Assembly: GCA_963924565.1 (NCBI GenBank)
Contig: OZ004607.1
Coordinates: 2,418,001-2,482,000, forward strand
Source of the DNA: Ascidiella aspersa
Lineage: Eukaryota
Direction of reading: 5' to 3'
DNA: 64,000 nt
Part shown: positions 36,270-50,348 of the stretch, in pieces
Layout of the letters: each line of letters begins with the position of its first letter
Numbering within the stretch: the stretch's first letter is position 1
Translations under genes and position numbers: made by a program
The notes under the pieces: generated by a model
What the model was told of the DNA's origin: nothing
The model's input: only the letters and a program-made list of their open reading frames with translations
Database searches by the model: none

Positions 36270-39200
36270 TTTTAAGTCATACAAAAACATATACGTGTAA
36301 AGCATTTTTGTATTATATTAAACATAGAAATTTCACATTACATCTTTACAGAAAATGAAACACAATGGTTGTAAATAATTGAAAATATATTTGTGACATA
36401 AAGAAAATGTGAAAATGCGCGAGCGTCGAACATATATTTATGTGCAACTTTATATGCTGTACTTTCTGCCAATTCAGCAAAAATTAAATGAAGGACCAGT
36501 TCACAAGACTGCATTAAATTCCCAAAATTAATGAAGAATTCTATATTTTTTTACCAGCTGTACATATATACATTTTGAGCTATTATTATCGTTAAAGCAG
36601 TGACTCTAAGTTTTAAAATATTTATTTAATCTTAATCTTTTTGTCGTCGAAATGGTGTTAAATAAATTAATGGTCCCATTCCCATACCCTCTACCTACAA
36701 TGTTTGGCGTTGTTTTGTCCATTTAGCCTACAAAAATATACCTAAAAATTATTTTTAGTTCTATAATAAACATATTGCAATATAAAACATAACAATGATT
36801 GTAAATAATTGAAATTTTATCTGTCATTAGAAATGTGAATATTTCGCAAGCTTTGGGGGCAAACTTCCTCTGCTGGACTTTGCTACTTCAACAAAAGTAA
36901 AAACGGCGGACCAGTTCATAAGGATGTATGTTTATTGTTTTAAATAAAACGGGATGCTTTGTTTTTTTACCCACCGAGCCTTTAGAGTTATCATTAAAAC
37001 AGTTGCTTTAAAGCGTGAAATCTTCATTTAATCTTGTTAGTTTTCTCATCGAAATGGTGTTAAAGCGTTTGTAATTATCGATGTATATAATTTGTATGTG
37101 TAACCCGTTTCAAACGCTGTCATGACATTTGCCCTTCGCATTTTAAAATCTAAGCCATCTTGTTGCGTAAAGGAAAATACAAATTATATATTTTGTGTTT
37201 TATAAACGCTACATTTTAAAGGGCATATATAAAAATGATTATTCAACAACACGCATCTGAGGTTTTAGAAAGAGTTGCATATTTAAAACCACACAGAAAT
37301 TAACATTACAGAAAAACATTTGAGTGCTAAATATGTCAAAAATGTAAGGTTGTGATACAAGTCTTACAAATATTTTAATAATGGCAAAAAAGATTTAAAT
37401 TTTCTCGGATATTGAATCCTAGTTATAACGTTTATTCAGCTCTTTAATTTATCTTTACGTCGTCCGGGTGCGACTGTACTGGTAACAACTTTAACACAAC
37501 ACGATTTTCATTTTCTCGCTGAGTCAAGGTAGTTTTGTTTAACTAGATTTACGGCAATAAACTAAAGATAATAAATATACCTGGATACTGATTTCTGTTG
37601 TTTCCGTTAAGTTTTCCGTTTAAAGAACCAACTCTGTAAAATAACACGTTTCAAAATTTATTTGTTGCTTCAAGCCTTCAAAGCCCTCGCGTGGTTTCAT
37701 AAATATATACTTTAATTAATTTAATGCAGATGTTTAAACTCATGATACATAGAATGCAAGTTCCTCACTTTTGCGTCAAAATTGTGTAATAATTATAAAC
37801 TTTCGATAAACATTAAGCCAGTAGCATATATATCCAAAAATTTAAGGTCACTATAACTGCCGAACATCGTCGTAATTTTTTTTGAAGCAGCGACACTGAA
37901 ATGCTACAACACAGCATAAACTAGTTTGTTGCGGAATTATATATAAAAAAAATTACGGTCTTGTAACGATGTAATAATAAATATATGCGTAAGAGAACTT
38001 TATCAATCTTTTATCTAAAAGAGTCGCATGGCCTGCGAGCCACAGTTTGCCAACCTCAGTAAATGTATATTTTGTTTGTACCTTGATAATATACGAAATA
38101 CATCGCTTTAACTTATTACTATTTTTTTTTCGCTCAACAACACAACACGGTGTTCTAATTTGAAAATGTTTAATAATTGTGTAAAACTAGTAAATCTGTT
38201 TTGTATCAACACATCATCAAATGTACAAGCGTCTAATCTCATTCGCAGCTGTGATAAATAACACTCTGCTAGCAGCAGCGTTGCTTGGATCGAACCCGTC
38301 GTTATCCTGGCTTACTGTGCAGTGTTCGCCGCTTTGTTAATCCCCGCGCCAGGACAATTAGCTCTCGTTTCCCTGAGCAGAAAGCATCTTGTCATTCGAC
38401 CCGCTAAAACCAACCAAGCAAATGTGTTTAACCTCATATTAGATTTGGGACTGAGTGGAGTTTACTATGCAATGCTGTACTGACTAGTTACTGTCAATAT
38501 ATATCAGAAATATGGATAAAGGAAATGCTGTAAGTGTGAAATGAATGGTTGCTGCAAATATATGATAAGAAAGTATATATCTTTTTATGTTTTATGATTT
38601 ATTACAAGCCAGTAATAATATACAACACTTGAAGCTGATAAAAAATGCAAGGCTTTTTTAGGTACGCCGATGCTTTATTTGTATAGAAGTCAGGTTTTCA
38701 TTAGGCCTATCTAACTTCTAGTTGATTCCAGCCAATATAAATTGGAGAATTGGTTGGGTATTTCTCTTATAGTTCGTTATAATTCTTATTGTTAGGCACT
38801 TTAGTAGCTTTAAGTTGTGTAAAGCCTTATAAACAATGTATGGAAGCTAAGGTTGTTTGACTCTCAGATCGTAAGAACCATAGCTATTTTAATCCGACGG
38901 TCGTTAATATAAAGTAATTGGAAGAGATATAATTTCATGCAAAGCTCGTTAAAAGTTGGTTCATATATCTTTATACTAACGTTGCAAGATAATGTCGCTG
39001 TAAACATCTTAAATGGTTATTTAAAATGCATTACTTCCTTTAAGACGACGTTGTGGTTAGCGAGTGATTGTGAATATTTCCTACCTTCGTCTAATTATTA
39101 TCAAGTTTCAATCAAATTTTATTGGGGGACCGGCGAACTTGTAATTTCAATTCTTTGAAGTGCGTTTGTATTGAAAAAATAACACTCGTTAGTAAATTGT

Positions 39201-39806
39201 GGACAGGATACGCTATGTAAGTTTGCTAAAAATTAGGCGATAACCGACATTGTATAGTAACTCGTCGTTTTATTTTATATACCTCTATTAAATTATCAAT
39301 TATATTAAACTATTATTTGCCGATTAACTTGGCGTGATGCTTAAACTCAAATGTTTATGATGACAAAATGGGTAAGTTGTTTGTTGTAGAGGAAAAATTA
39401 GATTATAATTTCGTACTAAAATATCGGCCTACATTTACCGACAGCGATATATCGGTAGAAGTCTACCCGTAAACCGATATATCAGTCTATCTCTAGTGTT
39501 GTTGCGTTGTTATTTTATAAGTTACTGATAAACTAATAATTTGGTTAAAGATAGAAAGCAAATCGCTATTGAAAGATACTAGGAAACGACAAAAGTTTTT
39601 CATGTTAATTGTGCAACATTATACAACAATAGCCTGGCCACACATTTGCGCTGAACAGGTATATAAAAATTAGGACAAATAAGAAAAAGTAAATTTAATT
39701 TAGTTGCATCAATAAATATGAAAGATCATTGGCAAAAGGTAGTGGATATACAGTGCTTCGTATTATGATTGAGCTACTTCATACTTTTCCGACATAAAAC
39801 TAAAAC

Positions 39807-40558
39807 ATGTCAAACCAGCATAGCGATTTTGTTACGACAGAACAGACAAAAGAGAGCGATGATGGATTTTCTGACGATTCTGTTGCCACGGATATAGATT
39901 GGTCATCACAAGAACACAAAGCTGTAAGTGAAGAGTCCGATTGTGAAGAACAAAGTGACTTGGATCAAATGGACATTTCTAAGAAAGATGTAGGCTTAAA
40001 TAGTAATAATCGAACAAAGAAGAACAAAATGACAAACAACAACACAGAGTTTCGATGCAACATTTGCGAAAAGTTGTTCAAAAAGCGTCGTAAGCTTAAT
40101 ATACATTTGTCCACAGTTCACTTCAAAAAACACAAATGCAAAGTATGCGAGAAACGTTTTGGAACAAACTCGAACACTACGAACCAATTCACACTGGAGA
40201 AAGACCATATGAGTGCAAAGTTTGTGGCAGGTGTTTTACCCAGACTGGAGATCTTAAATATCATGAAAGAATTCACACTGGAGAAAGACCTTACAAATGT
40301 CAGATTTGTGCCAAGTGTTTTACCCGGGCAGGAAGTCTTAAAAAACATGAAAGAATTCACACTGGTGAAAAACCTTACAATTGCAAAGAATGTGGCAAGA
40401 GTTTTGGCCAGTCAGCAGATCACGACAGACACAAAATTATTCACACAGGAGAAAAACCGTTTGAATGCAAAGCTTGTGGAAAGTGTTTTAACCAGGCAGG
40501 AAGTCTTAAAAGACACAAAATAATTTATTGTAAAGAAACCATGGTGAAAACGGTCTAA
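39807..40558 (+). pseudogene. B-type ZF, frameshifted
   Basis: Same 7-bp deletion (~40167) as the 28898 copy. Confidence 0.9.
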
Positions 40559-40615
40559 GGATTAGTTCCAAATTCAAAAAAAATATATTTTACTTCTGCA
40601 ACGATTTTAACACAT

Positions 40616-43154
40616 CTTCTTTCGTGTTGCTTAGATATCTGGGCAGTGGCTTGTGAGCCACTGCGTGTTAGAGGGTTTTGCGGCCAATATCGCTGCCCAA
40701 CCACCGGGACAGGAAAAGTTTGGACATTCTTCCACGATGTGGCTTGCCGTTTGTGTGGCTCCGCACTCACATAGTGGGGAAGGGGCAAGGCCCCATTGAA
40801 ACATAGAGGAGGCAAAACGGCCGACTCCTGTTAATAAGTGGTTGCGTCTCACATTCGCTGTTCTCGACAGCTCTGGGGCGTGGTAGCGAGCCGCGGAGAT
40901 GGATGCGTGTAGCTTTGTCTTGTTTGTTGACCATTCTTCTTCCCAGGTTTCCTCCTTCCTTTCTGACGCAGTTTTGCCATCAAGGATTGCTTTCTTGAAT
41001 GACTGTGCTGCGGTTACAAAGGAGTGTCGTGACTTCAGTCGCGTTGCCTGCGCACAGCCTGAGATTTTGCTGTGCAGTAGATGGTCAGGCCACAAAAGTG
41101 CATTGCGCGATTGAGCAAAGGTTGCTCCCTTTCGCCTTATGTCAGTTGGCACAATCCCTGCTAGCACTGGGAGGTTGTTTACTGGGGTCGCTGTTAGACA
41201 GCCAGTGATGGTCCGCAAGCAGTTATTTATTGGCACGTCCAGTAGTTTGGTGTGTGCACTCCTGGACCATTCGGCCGCACAGTATTCTGCTGGCGCGTAT
41301 ACAAGCGCGAGTGCAGTAGATCGCAAAACATTGCTGCTGGAACCCCATGTTGTGCCAGCGAGTCTTCTAATTAGAGCTGCTCGGGATGAGACCTTGTTCC
41401 TCAAACCCTCCAGGTGTTTTCGATACGTGAGGGAACGGTCCAGTTTGACTCCAAGGTAGGTTGGGCACGGGTCAAAGGGAAGGTTGAAGCCGTTACATAT
41501 GATGCGTATCTCCCTGGAGGCTTCCCTGTTGTTTAAGTGGAAGGCGAAGGCGACAGACTTTGTTTCGCTCAGCACCAGTCTCCATTTTTCAAGGTATGTT
41601 GAGAGTGTGCCGACATCCTTGATGAGAGTACTTTTGACAGTTTCCCAACTCCGGCTTGACGTAAGTATTGCGATGTCATCTGCGTATGAGTATTTGCGGG
41701 CAGTGGTTTGGGGAAGGTCATATATGTATATGTTGAAGAGCATCGGTGCAAGCACAGAACCCTGTGGGACCCCATTTCTTAGCCGCCATAAACGACTTTG
41801 TTGGCCGTCGCTGGTACGGAGAATGAAACTCCTGTTAGATACCAGTTCCATGATAAACTGTACCATGCGTTTGTCAGGGACGGTTTTCAGGAGCTTGTAG
41901 GTTAGGCCCTGGTACCATATGGTGTCATAGACAGCTGTCAGGTCTAAGAATACAGCGCCTGTTTTGTTGTTGGCTTGGTAACCGTCTTCAATATCCTGCG
42001 TCAGGAGGGTGACTTGGTCTGATGTGCACCTACCACGTCTGAAGCCTGCTTGCTCTGATGGTAATTGGGGATCAACGACAGGTTCTAATCGTGAGTGTAT
42101 GATTCGCTCAAGGATCTTGAAAGGGATGCTTAGCAGGGATATTAGGCGGTAGCTCTTCGCATCGTCGGTTCGCTTGTTTGGCTTGGGTATGGCTATCACA
42201 AGGGCTCTTCTCCATATCCTTGGAATTTTTAGCCGGTTCATGCACGACGAGAGGAACTTTGCAAGCCAATGGATTGCAGAGTCCCCCATGTGTATGAGGA
42301 ATTCTGGATGGAGGCGATCGGGGCCAGGTGCTTTGCCGGACTTTAGCTTCCGAAGGGCGTTGCGGACTTCTTCGGGTGTAAACTCGCTAGAGAGGTTTGC
42401 GTCTGCAGTCGGTGATCTCCAAAGCTCTGATAGTTTCTTTACCAGAGTTGTCTTGGATTGCCGATGGATTTTGGCATTGCGACCATTTTTCACTAGACGC
42501 GAAGCTATAGCGTTTGCTGTGACATGACACTTGCCCGGAGCAGCCTTGCCACGGCCCGTGAGTCGATTAATGGTGAGCCACGCCTTTCGGCTAGAGTGTA
42601 TGAAGTCGATGGACTCTACTGTCTCGATCCAGCGAGCTTGGCGCTTTCGGTCTAGGTGGTTTACCAGTTCATCGGCTGCTGATTTGGTTTCTTCCAAATT
42701 GCTGGAGCGTTTAAACTGGCTATACAGGTCCTGGCAGTCCTGGTCCCAGCATGGGACGTAGTTATTGCGGAATCCCCGCGGGATTGCCTGTTTTGCCGCG
42801 CGTGTCAGCATTCCTGCGAAAGCGTAATAGGCCTTATTTTGGTCTTGCGAGTCTGGGCTAGCCAAGGTTTTTGCCATGTGGTGTGTTGCCTTGTTGTAGA
42901 GCAACCAACGTGCCTTTCGGAAATTCCACCGTCTCACAGGTTTGCTTGGGGCGGGTTTTAAATGACCGGCCATTGATGTTATTGAAACTCTGTGCTGTGA
43001 CCGAGGGAACCGACTGATGACGTGTCGTTCGGGAAGGGCTTGTCCAGAAGTCACTCTCGCAAAAGCAAGGTCTGGATTGCTTCCAGTGCTCCAGCGTCCC
43101 GAGGTAAAACTGTCGGGGTCTTTTGGGTCATACAAGAGCGACAGGTTGTTAGTT
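40616..43154 (-). mobile_element. 5'-truncated Vingi-like LINE, second copy, ORF uninterrupted
   Basis: Perfect 13-bp TSD GATTTTAACACAT at 40603-40615 and 43155-43167; 3' tail ...ACGAAAGAAG. Confidence 0.92.
40631..43154 (-). CDS. LINE ORF: partial AP endonuclease, RT, CCHC
   Basis: Element part of the 866-aa ORF; its first ~26 codons are flanking DNA. Confidence 0.8.
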
Positions 43155-43346
43155 GATTTTAACACATGATGATAACGAACAGAATAATTAAAATGGCGTT
43201 GTTTAGGGCATATTGTAAAATTAGCCGACAACTAGTATTTATATTTGAAAAAATCTCAACATTCGCAAAGTTGTAAAGTGTTGCTTGGGCCTTTTTGTTA
43301 TAACATTCTTGTGTACAACTTTACTTCGACGCCCATGAGTAACCTT

Positions 43347-43862
43347 AATAGAGAAATCAGGTGGCACTGTATAAAGACAAATTGTATTTGATTCTCGACA
43401 AGCTTTCGCACAACCGTGCTTCATCAGGTCAAAGCATAAATGAAAACAATTAAAATGCACGTAAAAGCACAGGCGCAAGTAAAAGCGATAAGAATGGTGA
43501 CGTCTAACATATCCAGGCACATGCTCGCAAAAGCGTGTTACTGACGCAAAAACAATTATGCTACGATGCCTGCGCTTCAAGGTACGATGGGTGTAGTACA
43601 GCCTGCTATGAGGTGTAGTGTGACATAAAGCCCAAATCCCGATTGAGCCCCACATTAATGGCATCGAACTTTTTAATTATGTTTTGTTCGACTGTGAGCC
43701 TCGCTTGGGTGCCGTTACTTACTTTTTTGATCACCGAAACTCTAAGGTCTTTTACACTGTGTGATCCTTGGTTAAAATGTTCGCCGACTGGTTTCTCCAT
43801 ATGTCCATGCCTTATGTCACTTTTATGTCCATTCATGCGCTTTCTGATTGTTTGTCCAGTTT
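43347..43862 (-). mobile_element. Penelope-like fragment, second copy
   Basis: Duplicate of 32438-32954. Confidence 0.88.
43394..43433 (-). ncRNA. Minimal hammerhead ribozyme, second copy
   Basis: Identical to 32485-32524. Confidence 0.8.
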
Positions 43863-44468
43863 CTTCTAATAATACAACATTTAACATATTGTACTGCATT
43901 GCTCCTTTGTTGAAAAGCAATATTTATTGGTAGGGAATTAAAGTATAACGCCTTCATGATAGAAACAACACAACCAGTTGAGTTTCCGCTTTAGACGCTG
44001 TTGTTTTACTTGGTCTACGCTGCGCAATACAAAGCAATAACAACTTGGTATGAAATCACATGCACACGCGAAATAAAAATCGCACTTGGGCAATCTGCAT
44101 TGCAACATATTTTTAAAGTAAACTGTTGCATTAGTTAAGGTCCACTGTTTCAGATAGTTTTGGCTTCTTGGGAGTTACCAAAAACACTAAAAATAACATT
44201 TAGTGATTTAGCGAGTTAAAATATTTAGTTTAAGGCATTGTTATAAACTTTACAATTAAGTTGGGTCGGGTTGTGAATTTAAGGCGATTAAACAATTTAA
44301 TTCACGCGTTTGGTTTGGTTCTGTATTTCTTATTAGACGTCATCTTATCACTCAAATATATTTCAACATTTTGTCTTAAGTTTTGGTTATTAATGTCTCG
44401 ATTTATCTTCACGATTCTTTTGAACTTTGTCAGCATATCCACATTACATTTACCTTAGCACAGTGGTT

Positions 44469-45425
44469 CCACTAACCCTCTAAACCCATACCACTAAATC
44501 TAACCCTTTAACCTCAACCCACTAACCCTCTAAACCCATAACACTAAATCTAACCCTTTAACCTCAACCCACTAACCCCATAAAACCCAGAACACTAAAT
44601 CTAACCCTTTAACCTCAACCCACTAACCCCATAAAACCCAGAAAACTAAATCTAACCCTTTAACCTCAACCCACTAACCCTATAAAACCCAGAACACTTA
44701 ATCTAATCCTTTAACCTCAACCCACTAACCCTATAAACCCAGAACACTAAATCTAACCCTTTAACCTCAACCCCCTAACCCTCTATACCCCAGAAAACTA
44801 AATCTAACCCTTTAACCTCAACCCACTAACCCTCTATACCCCAAAAAACTAAATCTAACCCCAACCAACTAAATCGAACCCTTTAACCTTAACCCACTAA
44901 CTCTATAATACCCAGAACACTAAATCTAACCATTTATCCTCAACCCACTAACCCTCTATACCCCAGAAAACTAAATCTAACCCTTTAACCTCAACCCACT
45001 AACCCTCTAAACCCATAACACCAAATCTAACCTTTTAATCTCAACCCACTAATTAACCCACTAACTCTATAATAATCAGAACACTAAATCTAACCATTTA
45101 TCCTCAACCCACTAACCCAAAAAACTAAATCTAACTCTTTGATCCCTCTAAACCCATAACACCAAATCTAACCCTTTAACCTCACCCCTCTAAAACCCAG
45201 AACTCCAAATCTAACCCTTTAATCTCAACCCACTAACCCTCTAAACCCATAACACCAAATCTAACCCTTTAACCTCAACCCACTAGCCCTCTATACACCA
45301 GAAAACTAAATCTAACCCTTTAACCTCGACCCACCAACCCTCTATACCCCAGAAAACTAAATCTAACCCTTTAACCTCAACCCCTAACCCTATAAACCCA
45401 TAACACCAAATCTAACCGTTTAACC
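44469..45425. repeat. Telomere-like satellite array 3
   Basis: Same unit, ~960 bp. Confidence 0.95.
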
Positions 45426-45629
45426 TAATAGTCTGTTCACAAATTTGGGACTTTCAATTGGAAGAATTATATAAAAATTAAGCCACATGAGAAAAGGGGA
45501 ATTTAACTTAGTTGCAACAATAAGCAAAATCAAGTATATCATACAAAACACTATTGTCAAGGTCGTGGTTATGCAGTGCTTCGTATTATTAACGAGCTAC
45601 TTGATACTTTTCAGAACTTAAGTTAAAAC

Positions 45630-46472
45630 ATGTCAAACCGTCAAAGTGATGATGCAATGACTCAGATAAAAACAGAGAACGATGAAGGATTTTCTGATGA
45701 TTCTGTTGCCACGATAACATATTGGTCATCAGAAGAACATCAAGCTCTAAGTGAAGATTCTGATTGTGAAGGACCAAGTGGCTTGGATCAAATAGACATT
45801 CCCCAGAAGGATATGAGTAAAGATAATTCAGCAAAGAACAAAATTACAAACAACAACATCGAGTTTCGATGCAACATTTGCGAAAAGTTGTTCAAAAAGC
45901 GACATGAGCTCAACTCACATTTGTCTAGATTCCACTTCAAGAAACACAAATGCAAAGTTTGTGGAAAACTTTTTGGACAAATTGCCGCTCTTAAAAACCA
46001 CGTGCGAATTCACACTGGTGAAAAGCCCTTTAAATGTGCTTATTGCTATAAATGTTTTAGTCATGTTCAAACCTTAAAACCTCATGAAAGAATCCACACT
46101 GGCGAAAGGCCGTATGGGTGCAAAGTTTGTGGCAAATGTTTTTCCCGGGCCGGGCATCTCAACCAACATAATAAAATACACACTGGAGAAAAACCTTACA
46201 AGTGCAAAGATTGTGGAAAATGTTTCACACGACCGTCATGTCTCAACCAACATAATAAAATACACACTGGAGAAAAACCTTACGAATGCAAAGTTTGTGG
46301 AAAATGTTTTATGCGGGCAGGAGATCTTAAAGATCATGAAAGAACTCACACTGGAGAAAAACCTTACGAATGCAGACAATGCGGAAAATGTTTTAGCGAG
46401 ACATCCAATTTTAATAAACATAAAAGAAGGCACTCTAAAGAAAAATCCTTCAAAAACAAAACTTGCGATTAG
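45630..46472 (+). CDS. A-type ZF protein, 7 intact fingers
   Basis: 280-aa ORF. Confidence 0.9.
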   Translation: MSNRQSDDAMTQIKTENDEGFSDDSVATITYWSSEEHQALSEDSDCEGPSGLDQIDIPQKDMSKDNSAKNKITNNNIEFRCNICEKLFKKRHELNSHLSRFHFKKHKCKVCGKLFGQIAALKNHVRIHTGEKPFKCAYCYKCFSHVQTLKPHERIHTGERPYGCKVCGKCFSRAGHLNQHNKIHTGEKPYKCKDCGKCFTRPSCLNQHNKIHTGEKPYECKVCGKCFMRAGDLKDHERTHTGEKPYECRQCGKCFSETSNFNKHKRRHSKEKSFKNKTCD

Positions 46473-49400
46473 TTTTAAATCATACAAAAACATATACGTG
46501 TAAAGCATTTTTGTATTATATTAAACATAGAAAATGCACATTACATCATTACAGAAAATGAAACACAATGGTTGTAAATAATTGAAAATATATTTGTGAC
46601 ATAAAGAAAATGTGAAAATGCGCGAGCGTCGAACATATATTTATGTGCAACTTTATATGCTGTACTTTCTGCCAATTCAGCAAAAATTAAATGAAGGACC
46701 AGTTCACAAGACTGCATTAAATTCCCAAAATTAATGAAGAATTCTATATTTTTTTACCAGCTGTACATATATACATTTTGAGCTATTATTATCGTTAAAG
46801 CAGTGACTTTAAGTTTTAAAATATTTATTTAATCTTAATCTTTTTGTCGTCGAAATGGTGTTAAATAAATTAATGGTTCCATTCCCATACCCTCTACCTA
46901 CAATGTTTGGCGTTGTTTTGTCCATTTAGCCTACAAAAATATACCTAAAAATTATTTTTAGTTCTATAATAAACATATTCCAATATAAAACATAACAATG
47001 ATTGTAAATAATTGAAATTTTATCTGTCATTAGAAATGTGAATATTTCGCAAGCTTTGGGGGCAAACTTCCTCTGCTGGACTTTGCTACTTCAACAAAAG
47101 TAAAAATGGCGGACCAGTTCATAAGGATGTATGTTTATTGTTTTAAATAAAACGGGATGCTTTGTTTTTTTACCCACCGAGCCTTTAGAGTTATCATTAA
47201 AACAGTTGCTTTAAAGCGTGAAATCTTCATTTAATCTTGTTAGTTTTCTCATCGAAATGGTTTTAAAGCGTTTGTAATTATCGATGTATATAATTTGTAT
47301 GTGTAACCCGTTTCAAACGCTGTCATGACATTTGCCCTTCGCATTTTAAAATCTAAGCCATCTTGTTGCGTAAAGGAATGTACAAATTATATGTTTTGTG
47401 TTTTATAAACGCTACATTTTAAAGGGCATATATAAAAATGATTATTCAACAACACGCATCTGAGGTTTTAGAAAGAGTTGCATATTAAAAACCACACATA
47501 AATTAACATTACAGAAAAACACTTGAGTGCTAAATATGTCAAAAATGTAAGGTTATGATACAAGTCTTACAAATATTTTAATAATGGCAAAATAGATTTA
47601 AATTTTCTCTGGTATTTAATGCTAGTTATACTGTTGATTCAGCTCTTCAATTAATCTTTACGTCGTCCGGGTGCGACTGTGCTGGTAACAACTTTAAACG
47701 CAACAAGATTTTCATTTTCTCGCTGAGTCAAGGTAATTTCGTTTAATTAGATTTGCGGCAATAAACTAAAGATAATAAATATACCAGGATACTGATTTCT
47801 GTTGTTTCCGTTTAAATTTTGGATATATAAGTTGGTGGTATTTTAAAGTTTTATAGTTATTAGACAATTTCGACGCAAAAGTGAGTAACTTGCATTCCAC
47901 AATTCATGAGTTTAAGGATCTGCATTAAATTAATTAAAGTATATATTTATGCAACCACGCGAGGACTCTGAAGCCACAATAGAATGTTGGAACATGAAAA
48001 CAAATGATGAATATTGTGGTTATTTCACAGAATGGCTTCTTTAAGGCCAGAACAGCCGAACATCGTCGTGTTTATGTTCTTTGAAGCAGCAACACTGAAA
48101 TAATACAACAACACAGGATAAACTAGTTTGTTGCGGAATTATTTCTGATTTTAAACAATTTGACCATAATTAATACTATAGATGCGTAACAGAACTTTAT
48201 CAATCTTTGAAACAAATATCTCAAAGAGTCGCATGTGGCCTGCGAGCCACAGTTTTTAAACCTGTTAATGTATATTTTGTTTGTACCTGGATAATATACG
48301 AAATAGACCACGTTCTTGCAGTGAACTTTGACTTAATACTGGTTTTGGTTCGCCCAAAAAGACAACACAGTGTTCTAAGGTGAAAAGTTTTATAATTGTT
48401 TAAAACTATATCAGTTATAAATCAAGACATCATGGTGCAAGCGATAATCTCTTTGCAGCTGTGATATATAACACTCTGCTAGCAGCAGCGTTGCGTGGAT
48501 CGAACCCGTCGTTATCCTGGCTTACTGTGCAGTGTTCGCCGCTTTGTTAATCCGGCGCCAGGACAATTATCACCGTTTATCTGAACAGGAAACATCTTGT
48601 CGTTCGACCCGATAAAACCAACCAAGCAAACGTGTTTAACGTTATATAAGTGTTGGACTGAGTGGAGTTTGCTTTATGGTACAAGGCTGTAGCCTACTGA
48701 CTAGTTGTTGTAAATATATATTATCTATGATTAAAAAGAAAGGCTGTAAGGCGGAAATCACTAGTTTATGTAAATTAATGATGAGCAAAGTATATATAAA
48801 TTTGTTATTATTATGTTTTATCACAATATTGTTTATATACAACACTGGGCGGTGATATAAACATAGAAACGACACCAGCTTTAGGTACGACGATGCTTTA
48901 TTAAGAGAGACGTCAGGTTTTCATTGGGCGAATCTAATTTCTTATGGATTCCAAGCAATATAAATTTGAAAAGTGGTTGGTTATATTTCCTATTAAAGCT
49001 CTTTCATCCGGTAGCTTGAATTCGTTGAAGCCTTATAAATAATAAAGTGAAGTTAAAGTAGTTTCTTAGATTATAAGAACCAGAGCCATTCAATCCTAAC
49101 AGTCGTTAATATAAAGTGGTTGGAAAAGATATAATTTGTGCAAAACTCGTTTAAATGCGATAGGTGGTTGATTCATAAATCTTTATAGCATTGCAAATTT
49201 TAGATTTGGACAACTGGTGTCGCTGCAAACATTTTCAATGCATATTTCAAATGTGTTGGTTCCCGTAAAACGTCGTTATGGTTAGCGAGTGATTGTAAAT
49301 CCTTCCTGTCTAATTAATGTCAAGTATCAATCAAATATTATTGCGCAAGCGGCGAACTTGTAATTCAACGCGTTTGTATTGCAAAGGTAACACTCGGTCT

Positions 49401-49682
49401 TAAATATGGAACAACATAAGCTGCACAGGGTTGCTAAAACGATTAGGACGATAACCTGCGTTGTATTTACACGTGGAATAATTAAGCAGCAGGATCGACG
49501 CTAGTAATGTTGCATTCTTCGCATCGAATTCCATCGCCAATAAACATCATAGATTGTATCACAGTCTTATTTAACGAGACTTAGTTTTTTGTAATCAGGT
49601 TAGGTTGTCCATCTTTGTTGTGTTATTAAATCACTAATAAATATAGTTTACCACACTTTTATTTTTCTAGAAATAAATAAAC

Positions 49683-50348
49683 ATGTCACACCACCAGACC
49701 AACTTTGCAACAAAATATTTGAAAAACCACAGCGATGAGGGATTTTATGATAATTCCATTGCCACCATTACAGATTGGTCATCACAAGAACATCAACCTG
49801 TAAGTAAAGAGTCCTATTGTGAAGAACAAAGTGACTTGGATCAAACGAATACCAAGAAAGAACAAAGCAAGAATCTTTTAACACACAATACAGAGTTCCG
49901 ATGTTACGTTTGCGAAAAGTTGTTCAAAAAACTTGATCTGCTAAATAAACATTTGTCTAGAGTTCACTTCAAGAAACACAAATGCGAGGTTTGTGGAAAA
50001 CAATTTGGAACAATTTTCGAACTGAAAAACCACATGAGAATTTACACTGGAGAAAAGCCTTTTAAATGTAATTTTTGCGCTAAATGTTTCAATCTAGCTC
50101 AAAACTTGAAATTGCACGAACGAGTTCACACAGGTGAAACACCATATGACTGCAAAGTTTGTGGAAAAATGTTTCACTTTCGGACAAGCCTTAAGCATCA
50201 CAAAAGTGTTCACACTGGCGAAAAACTTTACGAATGCAAAGACTGTGGAAAGTGTTTTAGCCAGACAGGACATCTTAATAGACACAAAAGAACGCACTCT
50301 AAAATAAACCTTTCAAAACTTTTGATTAGTTTTGAATCTCACAAATAG
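49683..50348 (+). CDS. ZF protein, 5 fingers (finger 2 H>Y)
   Basis: 221-aa ORF with acidic module; TTTTTCTAG acceptor before ATG. Confidence 0.85.
   Translation: MSHHQTNFATKYLKNHSDEGFYDNSIATITDWSSQEHQPVSKESYCEEQSDLDQTNTKKEQSKNLLTHNTEFRCYVCEKLFKKLDLLNKHLSRVHFKKHKCEVCGKQFGTIFELKNHMRIYTGEKPFKCNFCAKCFNLAQNLKLHERVHTGETPYDCKVCGKMFHFRTSLKHHKSVHTGEKLYECKDCGKCFSQTGHLNRHKRTHSKINLSKLLISFESHK

Larger units (their letters stand above)
16993..47600 (+). repeat. Tandem segmental duplication: units start 16993, 24313, 35223, 45426
   Basis: Each unit begins TAATAGTCTGTTCAC exactly 204 bp before an A-type ATG; units 2 and 3 are offset 10909-10910 bp and nearly identical; close similarity ends near 47600. 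Confidence 0.95.

Noticed and set aside
40616-43862. A single chimeric RT plus GIY-YIG element
   Set aside because: The LINE has its own TSD and ~190 bp of host DNA separates the two; unit 1 shows two separate empty sites
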